Assembly (NCBI GenBank): GCA_016700015.1
Contig: CP064995.1
Span: forward strand, 570,001-602,000
From: Candidatus Saccharimonadota bacterium
GTDB taxonomy: Bacteria > Patescibacteriota > Saccharimonadia > Saccharimonadales > Saccharimonadaceae
Direction: 5' to 3'
Length of the DNA: 32,000 nucleotides
The position numbers and the translations under genes were made by a program. The notes beneath the pieces were generated by a model. That model did not search any database. It was not told the origin of the DNA and saw only the letters and a list, made by a program, of their open reading frames with translations. Each line of letters begins with the position of its first letter. The first letter of the stretch is position 1. Shown here piece after piece: positions 25,186 through 32,000 of the stretch.

Positions 25186-25506
25186 ATGACCGAAAAACTT
25201 GTCGATTTGCCACACATTGACATCGATAACCTACCACTTATCGATCAAGAACGCTACTACGAAACCGAGTTGATGATCGCCCCAGATTTTCATCGCCAAG
25301 CTGCCGCGCTCACTGAACTTGGTATTATTCACGTGCGTACCGGGCAATACAAAAAGGCGAGGAACGAGCTATGGTCAGCAATGCATGTCCGGTCAGGCCT
25401 TGCCAACCTCGGCACCATCGCCGCTGTTGCAGCATACTTCTTCGATCCACGCCTCGATAACAGCAATGTTATAGAATACCTCGCTGCAAAAAATGCTCGC
25501 TCCTAA
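25186..25506 (+). CDS. Hypothetical protein (106 aa, helical/TPR-like)
   Basis: GGAGG SD lies 5 nt before the ATG. This is one of only two plus-strand CDSs and shows no recognisable motif. Confidence 0.6.
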   Translation: MTEKLVDLPHIDIDNLPLIDQERYYETELMIAPDFHRQAAALTELGIIHVRTGQYKKARNELWSAMHVRSGLANLGTIAAVAAYFFDPRLDNSNVIEYLAAKNARS

Positions 25507-26177
25507 ACAGCCGCGTGCTGACGAGTGACCAACCAAATGTCTGGCAAAATATCAGCAATACCGCCTATTTGGGCTATGGTCTGGATTGGTTTTGCTGCAA
25601 GTACTCGCAGCAGCTTTATATGGTTGGCATTTAGGTCACCTTGCTCGGCTGGGCGAAGGCCTTTTTCGTTCACATCGTACATATAGGTTTTGGCCTCGTC
25701 GAGCAACTGACCAGTGACGTCACGCTCGAGATTGAGCTCGTAGCCAGTTAGCTCGGCATGATGAAGGTAAAACCAACTTTGGACGAGCTGCAGAGGAATC
25801 GTCGGCACGTCCAGCCCCATGTACACCTCACTCAGTACACCATACCATTCCGGCTCGTCGATGTGCTCGCTAGCGCGCGCTACTAGATTGATCGCCTCGT
25901 AACCAAACTGGAGTCTATCGTAGTCTTCAAGAATATGACGGTAAAAATGCACGAGTCGTGCGCTGGTAAGAATCCCGAGGTCGCCTTTGCCGCTGTTGAT
26001 AACAATGTCGCTAATCGCGAACAGTTCAATCCCACCTGCAAGTTTACTCTTCTCGCGACGCACACCTTTCGCGATAATACTCCGCTGTCCTAGCGGTGTA
26101 ATCAGGCGCAGTACTCTGTCAGCTTCCCCAAAGTTGGTGCGCCGTAGTACAATTGCCCGCGTTCGCTCTATACTCAT
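25503..26177 (-). CDS. recO: DNA repair protein RecO
   Basis: 224 aa. The N-terminal OB fold RAIVLRRTNFGEADRVLRLITPLGQRSIIAKGVRREKSKLAG is typical of RecO. Confidence 0.87.
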   Translation of the reverse strand: MSIERTRAIVLRRTNFGEADRVLRLITPLGQRSIIAKGVRREKSKLAGGIELFAISDIVINSGKGDLGILTSARLVHFYRHILEDYDRLQFGYEAINLVARASEHIDEPEWYGVLSEVYMGLDVPTIPLQLVQSWFYLHHAELTGYELNLERDVTGQLLDEAKTYMYDVNEKGLRPAEQGDLNANHIKLLRVLAAKPIQTIAQIGGIADILPDIWLVTRQHAAV

Positions 26178-26548
26178 AGCAGTACCTTTCGTACCGCTGC
26201 CACAATATCGCTCGGATGCATTGTGGTCTTGTCAAGCACTACTTCCACACCATAGGTCCTCAGTCCGTCTGCCGGCAGATCACTCGCACTATTGGTGCAC
26301 ACGATAATCGGAATATCTGCCAAGTCGCTATGCGATTTTAGCTCGTGGATCAGCACAACACCGTTGGGACCAGGCATGAATATATCGAGAATAATCACCT
26401 GCGGGTGTAAACTATCAATCATATCGATCCCTTCAATCGCATGCGCGGCTATCGTCACTGCAAATCCAGCTTTTTCGAGCACATGTTTGTACTGTTCTGC
26501 CAGCCATTGATCATCATCGATGACAATAACCGACGTTTTCGAGCTCAT
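26174..26548 (-). CDS. Stand-alone response-regulator receiver domain (CheY-like)
   Basis: 124 aa with VIVIDDD, VIILDIFMPGPNG (phospho-acceptor Asp) and PIIVCTN. There is no output domain. Confidence 0.87.
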   Translation of the reverse strand: MSSKTSVIVIDDDQWLAEQYKHVLEKAGFAVTIAAHAIEGIDMIDSLHPQVIILDIFMPGPNGVVLIHELKSHSDLADIPIIVCTNSASDLPADGLRTYGVEVVLDKTTMHPSDIVAAVRKVLL

Positions 26549-27258
26549 AGTAGCCTCAACTGCGTCGACGGCGTCAGGTCGATATAAAACGACGTGCCGT
26601 TATGGTGGCGGGTCGCACCAATATTACTCTGCATAGACTCTGCAAACTGGCCAGCGATATACATGCCAAGCCCGCTACTTGCTGGCCGGTTGTGAAGCAG
26701 CTGCGGGCGCTTGCCGAGCGAGTCTTGAAGTGTCCGCCATACAGCGGCAGGTACAGCAGGCCCAAAATCACGTACACTGAGTCGCACGCTTCCCCGCCGT
26801 TCATATGCTTCCACTAGCACCGCCGACTCGTCATCACAGTAGTGGAGCGCATTATCGGCAAAGCCAAGGAGCACCCGGCGCAGTAAATCTTTGTTGGCTA
26901 GCGCAAGCAGTGGTCGTGTGCGTGGCACCATACGAATCGATCGACCCCTAGCCTGGTAGAGGGGCTGGATTTCCCGGATTACTTCTTCGCACAGCGATAC
27001 GGGGTTAACGGGCTCGATTGTAAATAGACTGTCTTCAAGCCGCGCAGACTTGGTGAGGTCGGTTGTCAGACGTAGTGCGCGCTCACTGGTAAGCGTAATT
27101 TGCCGAGCCATCCGCTCGATATCGCTCAGGGTATAGTCGCCCGATTCGAGCCCTAGCGACAACTGACGAATAAGTGCCAGTGGGGCTTTTAGCTCATGCG
27201 CAGCTGCAATCAAAGACGGCCCACCTATTACTCCCCCTTGCTGCTTTGGACCCTCCAT
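26545..27258 (-). CDS. Cytoplasmic histidine kinase lacking TM and sensor domains
   Basis: 237 aa. The H-box AAHELKAPLALI starts at about residue 19. N-box ADNALHY, G1 VRDFGPAV and G2 SSGLGMYIA are present. Confidence 0.85.
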   Translation of the reverse strand: MEGPKQQGGVIGGPSLIAAAHELKAPLALIRQLSLGLESGDYTLSDIERMARQITLTSERALRLTTDLTKSARLEDSLFTIEPVNPVSLCEEVIREIQPLYQARGRSIRMVPRTRPLLALANKDLLRRVLLGFADNALHYCDDESAVLVEAYERRGSVRLSVRDFGPAVPAAVWRTLQDSLGKRPQLLHNRPASSGLGMYIAGQFAESMQSNIGATRHHNGTSFYIDLTPSTQLRLL

Positions 27259-27301
27259 ATACTACCTACTAGTGTAGCACGCGCCGGTCCTGACTAGCTA
27301 G

Positions 27302-27964
27302 CTACTCATTGAATTTGACTGTTTTGAGTATTGTTTCAAAGTCAGCCTTAAATACATCGCCATCTGTTCGCATTGTTAGTGTACGGTCACGCATTTTAAT
27401 AAGTACCGCCACACCTACCATATCTTTACTAAAAGCCCCTTCAAGACGCGTACCCTGGTGAGTACCGTCATCGTAGACGCTTGATTTTAAATCACCTTTT
27501 TTTATAAGTGCTCCATAGCCATCGAGAACTTTTGCATACAGTTTTTGTTCGATCGTAATGCGTAAAGCGTATTTAGTTGTTTTTGTAATCGGTGGTACAA
27601 CATACGGGTTAAAATATGCCTCGTATGTCGCTCCACCACCCTGGCTTACATCGGTTGCCTGGTAGGCTGCCCAAAATTTTGGGTAAGTAAACGTAAGCCG
27701 ACCATAGTCAACTGGCCCAGTGAATTGCTCATAGGGCTTTTTCTCGTCTTCATCAAATTTCTGCTGCATTTGCTCGGAATTTTTTAACACCGCAGCAGCG
27801 GTGGCGTCGGCAATTTTTCCATCGACATCGTTTTTTTGCTCGGTGTAGTTTATATAGGCCCAAATAGAAAACGAGCCAAATACAATGACGAGCAGCACTA
27901 AGGCCACAATAGCAAAAATACTGCCGTTTATGGCACCTGTTTCAAACCGGCGATATGTCTTCAT
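27302..27964 (-). CDS. Hypothetical membrane-anchored/secreted protein
   Basis: 220 aa with an N-terminal TM/signal anchor (IFAIVALVLLVIVFGSFSIWAY). No known motif. Confidence 0.65.
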   Translation of the reverse strand: MKTYRRFETGAINGSIFAIVALVLLVIVFGSFSIWAYINYTEQKNDVDGKIADATAAAVLKNSEQMQQKFDEDEKKPYEQFTGPVDYGRLTFTYPKFWAAYQATDVSQGGGATYEAYFNPYVVPPITKTTKYALRITIEQKLYAKVLDGYGALIKKGDLKSSVYDDGTHQGTRLEGAFSKDMVGVAVLIKMRDRTLTMRTDGDVFKADFETILKTVKFNE

Positions 27965-27972
27965 GCTTATGA

Positions 27973-28497
27973 TTATACGTTGCCGTCACTAGAGTGTAAA
28001 GGCTTCACAATATATAAATGATGGGCACCAACAGTTTTGGTAGGCTTCATACTTGGTACTTCAAAGCCATAGCTAATAAATGCCAGTTTCCTGCCGAGTT
28101 GGTTGGCCGCTTCTTGTACTTTGTTATACATTTTTGCAATATCACGTGAATCGGCAAACGTGTATACCACTGTGGTGTCTTTAGGCAATGTCGCTTTCCA
28201 AAAATTACGCATATACACCACCACCCGCTCGTCACCAAGCGATAGTAGTGTCGCTAGCATAGCAATGGCTGGGTTAATTTCGTACCCCACTGCCCGCGCC
28301 CCCAGCTTACTAGCCATGCGCAGTATTAAGCCATCCCCTGCCCCAATGTCGACCAAAAGGTCACGTGCAGTCAGCGGGTACAGTTCGGTCAGTGCACGCT
28401 TTACATCTTTTGGCTTCGAGGGTACATAGGGAGCGCCGGTAAATGCCATAAATCCGAAGAAGCAGATGACTCCGAGTACAATCCAGTACCATTCCAT
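27973..28497 (-). CDS. Class I SAM-dependent methyltransferase with an N-terminal TM helix
   Basis: 174 aa. LLVDIGAGDGLILRMASKLGARAVGYEINP is SAM-binding motif I plus the acidic post-I residue. Confidence 0.72.
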   Translation of the reverse strand: MEWYWIVLGVICFFGFMAFTGAPYVPSKPKDVKRALTELYPLTARDLLVDIGAGDGLILRMASKLGARAVGYEINPAIAMLATLLSLGDERVVVYMRNFWKATLPKDTTVVYTFADSRDIAKMYNKVQEAANQLGRKLAFISYGFEVPSMKPTKTVGAHHLYIVKPLHSSDGNV

Positions 28498-28503
28498 TAC
28501 TTG

Positions 28504-28710
28504 CTACTCCTGATCAAAACGAGTCTTAAGCACAGTAATTTCGTTTTTCAGCGACGCGAGGTCCGATTCAATACTGCCGGCTAGTGTTTCGGCTGCCTTG
28601 AAACGGTCGAGCGCTTCTTCGAGCGAAAACTCCTCGCTATCAAACCAAGCTACTTGCTTGTTAAGCTCGGTCAGTCTAGCTGCAATTGTTTGGCTATTTT
28701 TTATTGACAT
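28504..28710 (-). CDS. xseB: Exodeoxyribonuclease VII small subunit
   Basis: 68 aa helical hairpin (FSLEEALDRFKAAETLAGSIESDL). It overlaps the 3' end of xseA by 17 nt. Confidence 0.75.
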   Translation of the reverse strand: MSIKNSQTIAARLTELNKQVAWFDSEEFSLEEALDRFKAAETLAGSIESDLASLKNEITVLKTRFDQE

Positions 28711-29794
28711 GGGTTACCTCCGCCGTTATTAGTGTATCGTGTTTTTCAATCGTTATCTCACCACCAACACACTCCTCACCACGTACTAGCGCATAGCCCC
28801 TGGAGAGTACTGCTGCCGGATCATATGCCGCTAACACAAGTCGCTGTTGCTGAAGTAACTGCTGGTGCCGGTCATAGCCGCGATCAAACGCAGCCAATGC
28901 ACCCTGTAAGCCTTGCGCTACCTGCATACTCACTGCGTCGAGCATTGTTTCAGTGCGATCGATAATCCTTGCCAGGCTATGGCGTGTGACCTGCACAATT
29001 TCACGCTTGTCTGGTACAAGCAGCTGTGCAGCGTTACTCGGGGTGGCCGCCCGCACGTCGGCCACAAGATCAGCCAATGTAACATCAACTTCGTGCCCTA
29101 CCCCTACAAGTGTCGGAACACGACTCGCCGCGATCTCTCGCACCAACAACTCATCATTAAACGCCGCTAGATCATCTGCGCTACCGCCACCACGTATGAG
29201 TACAAGTACCTCAGGCGGCACCTCGAGGCTATTGAAGTATTTAAGAGCTCGTATCATTTGGTCGGGTGCCGCTTCGCCCTGCACCTGTACGTGCGCCACG
29301 TCAATATGCATCCCGCCCCACCGTTCGTTAAGTATCGTCACAAAATCAGTGTACCCCGCCGCTTGAGTGCTGCTAATGACGCCAATGCGGGCTGGCATAG
29401 TCGACAGTGCGCGCTTGCGCTCAGGTGCGAATAACCCCTCGGCATCGAGCTTCGCCTTTAGCAGCTCGAAGCCCTTTTTCAGGCTACCTTCGCCACTCGG
29501 TCTTACTGCCTGAACGGTCAGACTAAACTTGCCCCAATTCGTCAGCTTTGGTACGGCGCGTACAATCACCTTCATACCATCTTCTATCGGTATGCGTAGT
29601 TGCCACACGGTCATAAAACAATTCACGCTCGCTGTTTGGTCTTTCAGGTCGAAAAATACAAACTTGTTTTGGTTGACTTTGAAACTAGCAACTTCGCCCT
29701 CTATTTCAATACTAGGGTACGCATACTCAAGCGTCTGGTTGAAAACCGCTACAAAATCGCCGACACTATAGACCTGGCTTAGGTTGTTTTCCAT
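28694..29794 (-). CDS. xseA: Exodeoxyribonuclease VII large subunit
   Basis: 366 aa. N-terminal OB fold VYSVGDFVAVFNQTLEYAYPSIEIEGEVASFKVNQNKFVFFDLKD, and a catalytic core IGVISSTQAAGYTDF...LIRGGGSADDLAAFNDE...GVGHEVD. Confidence 0.9.
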   Translation of the reverse strand: MENNLSQVYSVGDFVAVFNQTLEYAYPSIEIEGEVASFKVNQNKFVFFDLKDQTASVNCFMTVWQLRIPIEDGMKVIVRAVPKLTNWGKFSLTVQAVRPSGEGSLKKGFELLKAKLDAEGLFAPERKRALSTMPARIGVISSTQAAGYTDFVTILNERWGGMHIDVAHVQVQGEAAPDQMIRALKYFNSLEVPPEVLVLIRGGGSADDLAAFNDELLVREIAASRVPTLVGVGHEVDVTLADLVADVRAATPSNAAQLLVPDKREIVQVTRHSLARIIDRTETMLDAVSMQVAQGLQGALAAFDRGYDRHQQLLQQQRLVLAAYDPAAVLSRGYALVRGEECVGGEITIEKHDTLITAEVTHVNKK

Positions 29795-30815
29795 ATTTCA
29801 GTAGCGCCATTTGGTAAAATACGTAGCCTATAACTACGGTGACAAATAGTATTATTGCTCGTGTCAGCACAATCCCAGCGATTGCTTCGCTTTGGCTCAT
29901 GCCGGCAATTGCAAGCACCAGCACCATGATTGCTTCATATGCCCCGGCCCCACCCGGTGTCACCACTACTAGTCCAGCCATAGTAGCAAGTCCATAAGCG
30001 ATCAAAATGGGTGCGGGGTTGACGGGCGAGCCAAGCGACCAGAATACAATCCAGAAAATTGCCATTTCTGTAACTACAAAGAACAGCCCCCACAAATACG
30101 GCTTTATGAGTATGCGGCGATCTCTCATGAGCTCAACAAAGTCCTCATGCATCTCTTCAAGGAATGTTTGGATTGCAATTGCAGTGATTGCGTGAGGTAT
30201 GCGCCCTAGTGTAAGCACTTTTACTATATGGTTGTATCCGCGGGCCACATAGTGCGCAAAGCGGCTCAGTCGCGTTACGCTTTTCATTAAGTACATTCCT
30301 AGCATTGTCGATATAATCATGACCCCAACCAGGGCGGAGCTCATGAATATAATCCAGCGGTTAACCGTGCCGTCGATTGTTACTATAAGTACAGACAGCA
30401 GCAACAGTGTAATCATGGCTGCAAACCCTACCACGTAGCGAATTGCTTGAGCCATCGTAGCCTTACCGGTCTTCACGCCTAACTTACCGAGTCGCCAGTT
30501 CATGTACGAGATACCACTTACTCCCCCACTTGGCAGTACATGGTTCACAAAATTAAGCTCGAGAGAAATCCGCATTTGCGTCCATATACTCACATGATCA
30601 ATCAGTTTTTTCTGACGCATGTACGAAAACACCATTTCTCCGGCCGCCAGGTAGCCGATTGCTACCACTGGTATTACGAATAGTAGTACCCACACATCAA
30701 CTTTTGATGCCAGCTCCCAAGCACGGGCAATTTCGTGACGAGAGACATACAGCAGTACCACGATCAAAAGCAGCGATATGCCGCTGAGCCACGTACGAAA
30801 TGACAGACGTTTCAT
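29766..30815 (-). CDS. UPF0104/LPG-synthase-TM family (flippase-like) membrane protein
   Basis: 349 aa with about 8 TM segments and the motif LNFVNHVLPSGGVSGISYMNWRL. The family call is from memory. Confidence 0.65.
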   Translation of the reverse strand: MKRLSFRTWLSGISLLLIVVLLYVSRHEIARAWELASKVDVWVLLFVIPVVAIGYLAAGEMVFSYMRQKKLIDHVSIWTQMRISLELNFVNHVLPSGGVSGISYMNWRLGKLGVKTGKATMAQAIRYVVGFAAMITLLLLSVLIVTIDGTVNRWIIFMSSALVGVMIISTMLGMYLMKSVTRLSRFAHYVARGYNHIVKVLTLGRIPHAITAIAIQTFLEEMHEDFVELMRDRRILIKPYLWGLFFVVTEMAIFWIVFWSLGSPVNPAPILIAYGLATMAGLVVVTPGGAGAYEAIMVLVLAIAGMSQSEAIAGIVLTRAIILFVTVVIGYVFYQMALLKYGKQPKPGL

Positions 30816-30824
30816 ATAGTATTT

Positions 30825-30832
30825 AGTATACT
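30825..30832. promoter_or_regulatory. Palindromic AGTATACT providing a TATACT -10 hexamer on both strands
   Basis: The gap between the divergent start codons (30815 minus, 30839 plus) is 23 bp. TATACT reads at 30827..30832 on the plus strand, 6 nt before its ATG. It reads at 30830..30825 on the minus strand, 9 nt before that ATG. Confidence 0.45.
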
Positions 30833-30838
30833 ATATCT

Positions 30839-32000
30839 ATGTACATCGCTCTACTCGGTCGACAACCCGCTCTCGGCATGGCCGAGCTTGAACAACTTTT
30901 TGGTTCAGCGTCAACTAGGTGGTTTAGCGATACCTCTGCGCTCATCGATAGTCCTTCGTTTGACTTTGACAGGCTGGGTGGCAGCCAAAAGGCCGGGCTG
31001 GTCGTGGCCGAACTACGCGGCGACTGGCAACGTGTCAGCAAAACCATCATTGACACATATGTCCGCGGCTGGGCTGGACACGAGGGTAAAATCACTCTCG
31101 GTATTAGTGCCTATGGCTTTAGTTGTGGTGCACGCGATGTCCAAAAAACTGGCATTATTCTAAAATCAAGCCTCAAAAAGCAAGGCGTCAGCCTACGGCT
31201 GATCCCCAATACTGCCCCTGCCCTTACCAGCGCAACCAGTCATCATAATAAACTTGGGCTTTCACGCAACCATGTTGAGCTGCTGATAGTGCGTGCCAGT
31301 AATGGCAATGTTATTGTTGCCGAAAGCATCGGCGCCCAGAACATCACTGCCTTTGCCGCTCGCGACCAAGGCCGCCCCAAGCGTGATGCATATGTGGGCA
31401 TGCTGCCACCAAAACTTGCCCGCATGATGGTAAATATGCTCGGCAGTTCGGCACATGTTCCTGGTAGCACTGTTCTTGACCCGTTTTGCGGCACCGGTGT
31501 GCTGCTGCAAGAAGCCGCGCTGCTTGGCTTCGGCGTCTATGGCACCGATCTGTCGGCTAAAATGGTTGACTATACCCAGGCCAACCTACGCTGGCTAACA
31601 GACAAATATCACCTTGCTCCTAGTGTGCGCACTACTATAGGCGACGCGATGGATACTTCGTGGCAATTACCTATCGATGCTATTGCCACCGAAACCTACC
31701 TCGGCCAGCCTTTCAGTGCACCGCCTTCTGCCGCCAAGCTCACCGAAGTGCGTGGCAATTGCGATCATATTATTAGTTCGTTTCTCCGTAACCTCGCTCC
31801 ACAACTCGCAGTAGGCACGCCGCTATGCGTGGCCGTTCCCGCCTGGCGTGGCGCCGGTGACTCATTCACTCACCTGCCACTCATTGACACGCTAGGCACG
31901 CTCGGTTACCGCCGCGTGCACCTGCGTCATGTACGTGATAGTCAGTTACTGTACTACCGCGAAGACCAGGTGGTCGCCCGCGAGCTACTATTGCTCGAAA
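30839..32000 (+). CDS. Trm11/UPF0020-like putative RNA (guanine-N2) methyltransferase, 3' end beyond the window
   Basis: Absent from the ORF track because it has no stop. My translation from ATG 30839 stays open for 387 codons: MYIALLGRQPALGMAELEQLFG...RPKRDAYVGMLPPKLARMMVNMLG...VLDPFCGTGVLLQEAALLGFGVYGTDLS (SAM motif I). The motif IV position reads IATETYLGQPF rather than the canonical DPPYG. Confidence 0.65.
   Translation, partial: MYIALLGRQPALGMAELEQLFGSASTRWFSDTSALIDSPSFDFDRLGGSQKAGLVVAELRGDWQRVSKTIIDTYVRGWAGHEGKITLGISAYGFSCGARDVQKTGIILKSSLKKQGVSLRLIPNTAPALTSATSHHNKLGLSRNHVELLIVRASNGNVIVAESIGAQNITAFAARDQGRPKRDAYVGMLPPKLARMMVNMLGSSAHVPGSTVLDPFCGTGVLLQEAALLGFGVYGTDLSAKMVDYTQANLRWLTDKYHLAPSVRTTIGDAMDTSWQLPIDAIATETYLGQPFSAPPSAAKLTEVRGNCDHIISSFLRNLAPQLAVGTPLCVAVPAWRGAGDSFTHLPLIDTLGTLGYRRVHLRHVRDSQLLYYREDQVVARELLLLE

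Noticed and set aside
1-32000. CRISPR arrays, tRNA/rRNA genes, integrases, transposases, or avoidance of GAATTC sites
   Set aside because: I found no regularly spaced repeats, no cloverleaf-compatible sequences and no recombinase motifs. GAATTC occurs several times (for example near 1519, 6043, 14876, 20150, 22585 and 22853). That is roughly the chance expectation, so it says nothing about methylase specificity.

Overview
The window is a gene-dense bacterial chromosome segment. About 38 protein-coding genes are packed tightly, and all but two lie on the minus strand. I found no rRNA, tRNA, CRISPR array, integrase or transposase. The small genes, minimal signalling proteins and reduced division cluster would fit a reduced-genome lineage such as Patescibacteria/Saccharibacteria, but that placement is only an inference. 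All protein calls rest on motifs I recognised by eye; I ran no searches.

Layout:
- 1-7004: a compact division/cell-wall (dcw) cluster on the minus strand, in the order rsmH, ftsL-like, ftsI, mraY, ftsW, murG, ftsQ-like. It lacks mraZ and the mur ligases.
- 7005-7893: an unusually long noncoding stretch. It holds a perfect inverted pair of DnaA boxes and a miniature transcription unit: a consensus sigma70 promoter, a 42-aa hydrophobic peptide ORF and a terminator.
- 7894-11005: a HAD-like hydrolase, a yvcK/CofD-family gene broken by one in-frame TAG, and a GH1 glycosidase whose nucleophile Glu appears to be Ala.
- 11035-23764: an accessory-looking block.
  - An orphan KwaB/DUF4868-like protein next to a Pif1-like helicase.
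  - RNase HI translationally coupled to an unknown 211-aa protein.
  - Envelope proteins: an excalibur-domain protein, a LOR/scramblase-like protein, a polysaccharide deacetylase and a multi-TM membrane protein.
  - A translationally coupled operon of two paralogous M.EcoRI-family adenine methyltransferases plus a DUF262(DGQQR)-HNH nuclease.
  - DUF427.
  - A self-contained two-gene module (HTH fused to a GvpU-like domain, then a very basic 147-aa protein) with a palindromic operator inside its promoter.
  - A 4-TM protein coupled to glyQS.
- 23767-32000: housekeeping genes. These are glyQS, recO in an operon with a sensor-less histidine kinase and a stand-alone receiver, xseA/xseB, a UPF0104 membrane protein and a Trm11/UPF0020-like methyltransferase that runs off the window end.

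The best candidates for an undescribed system are the MTase-MTase-DUF262/HNH operon, the HTH-GvpU-like/basic-protein module and the KwaA-less KwaB-like/Pif1 pair. A separate recurring signal is a TATACT/TATAAT hexamer 6-9 nt upstream of the start codon of first-in-operon genes, which suggests leaderless mRNAs.
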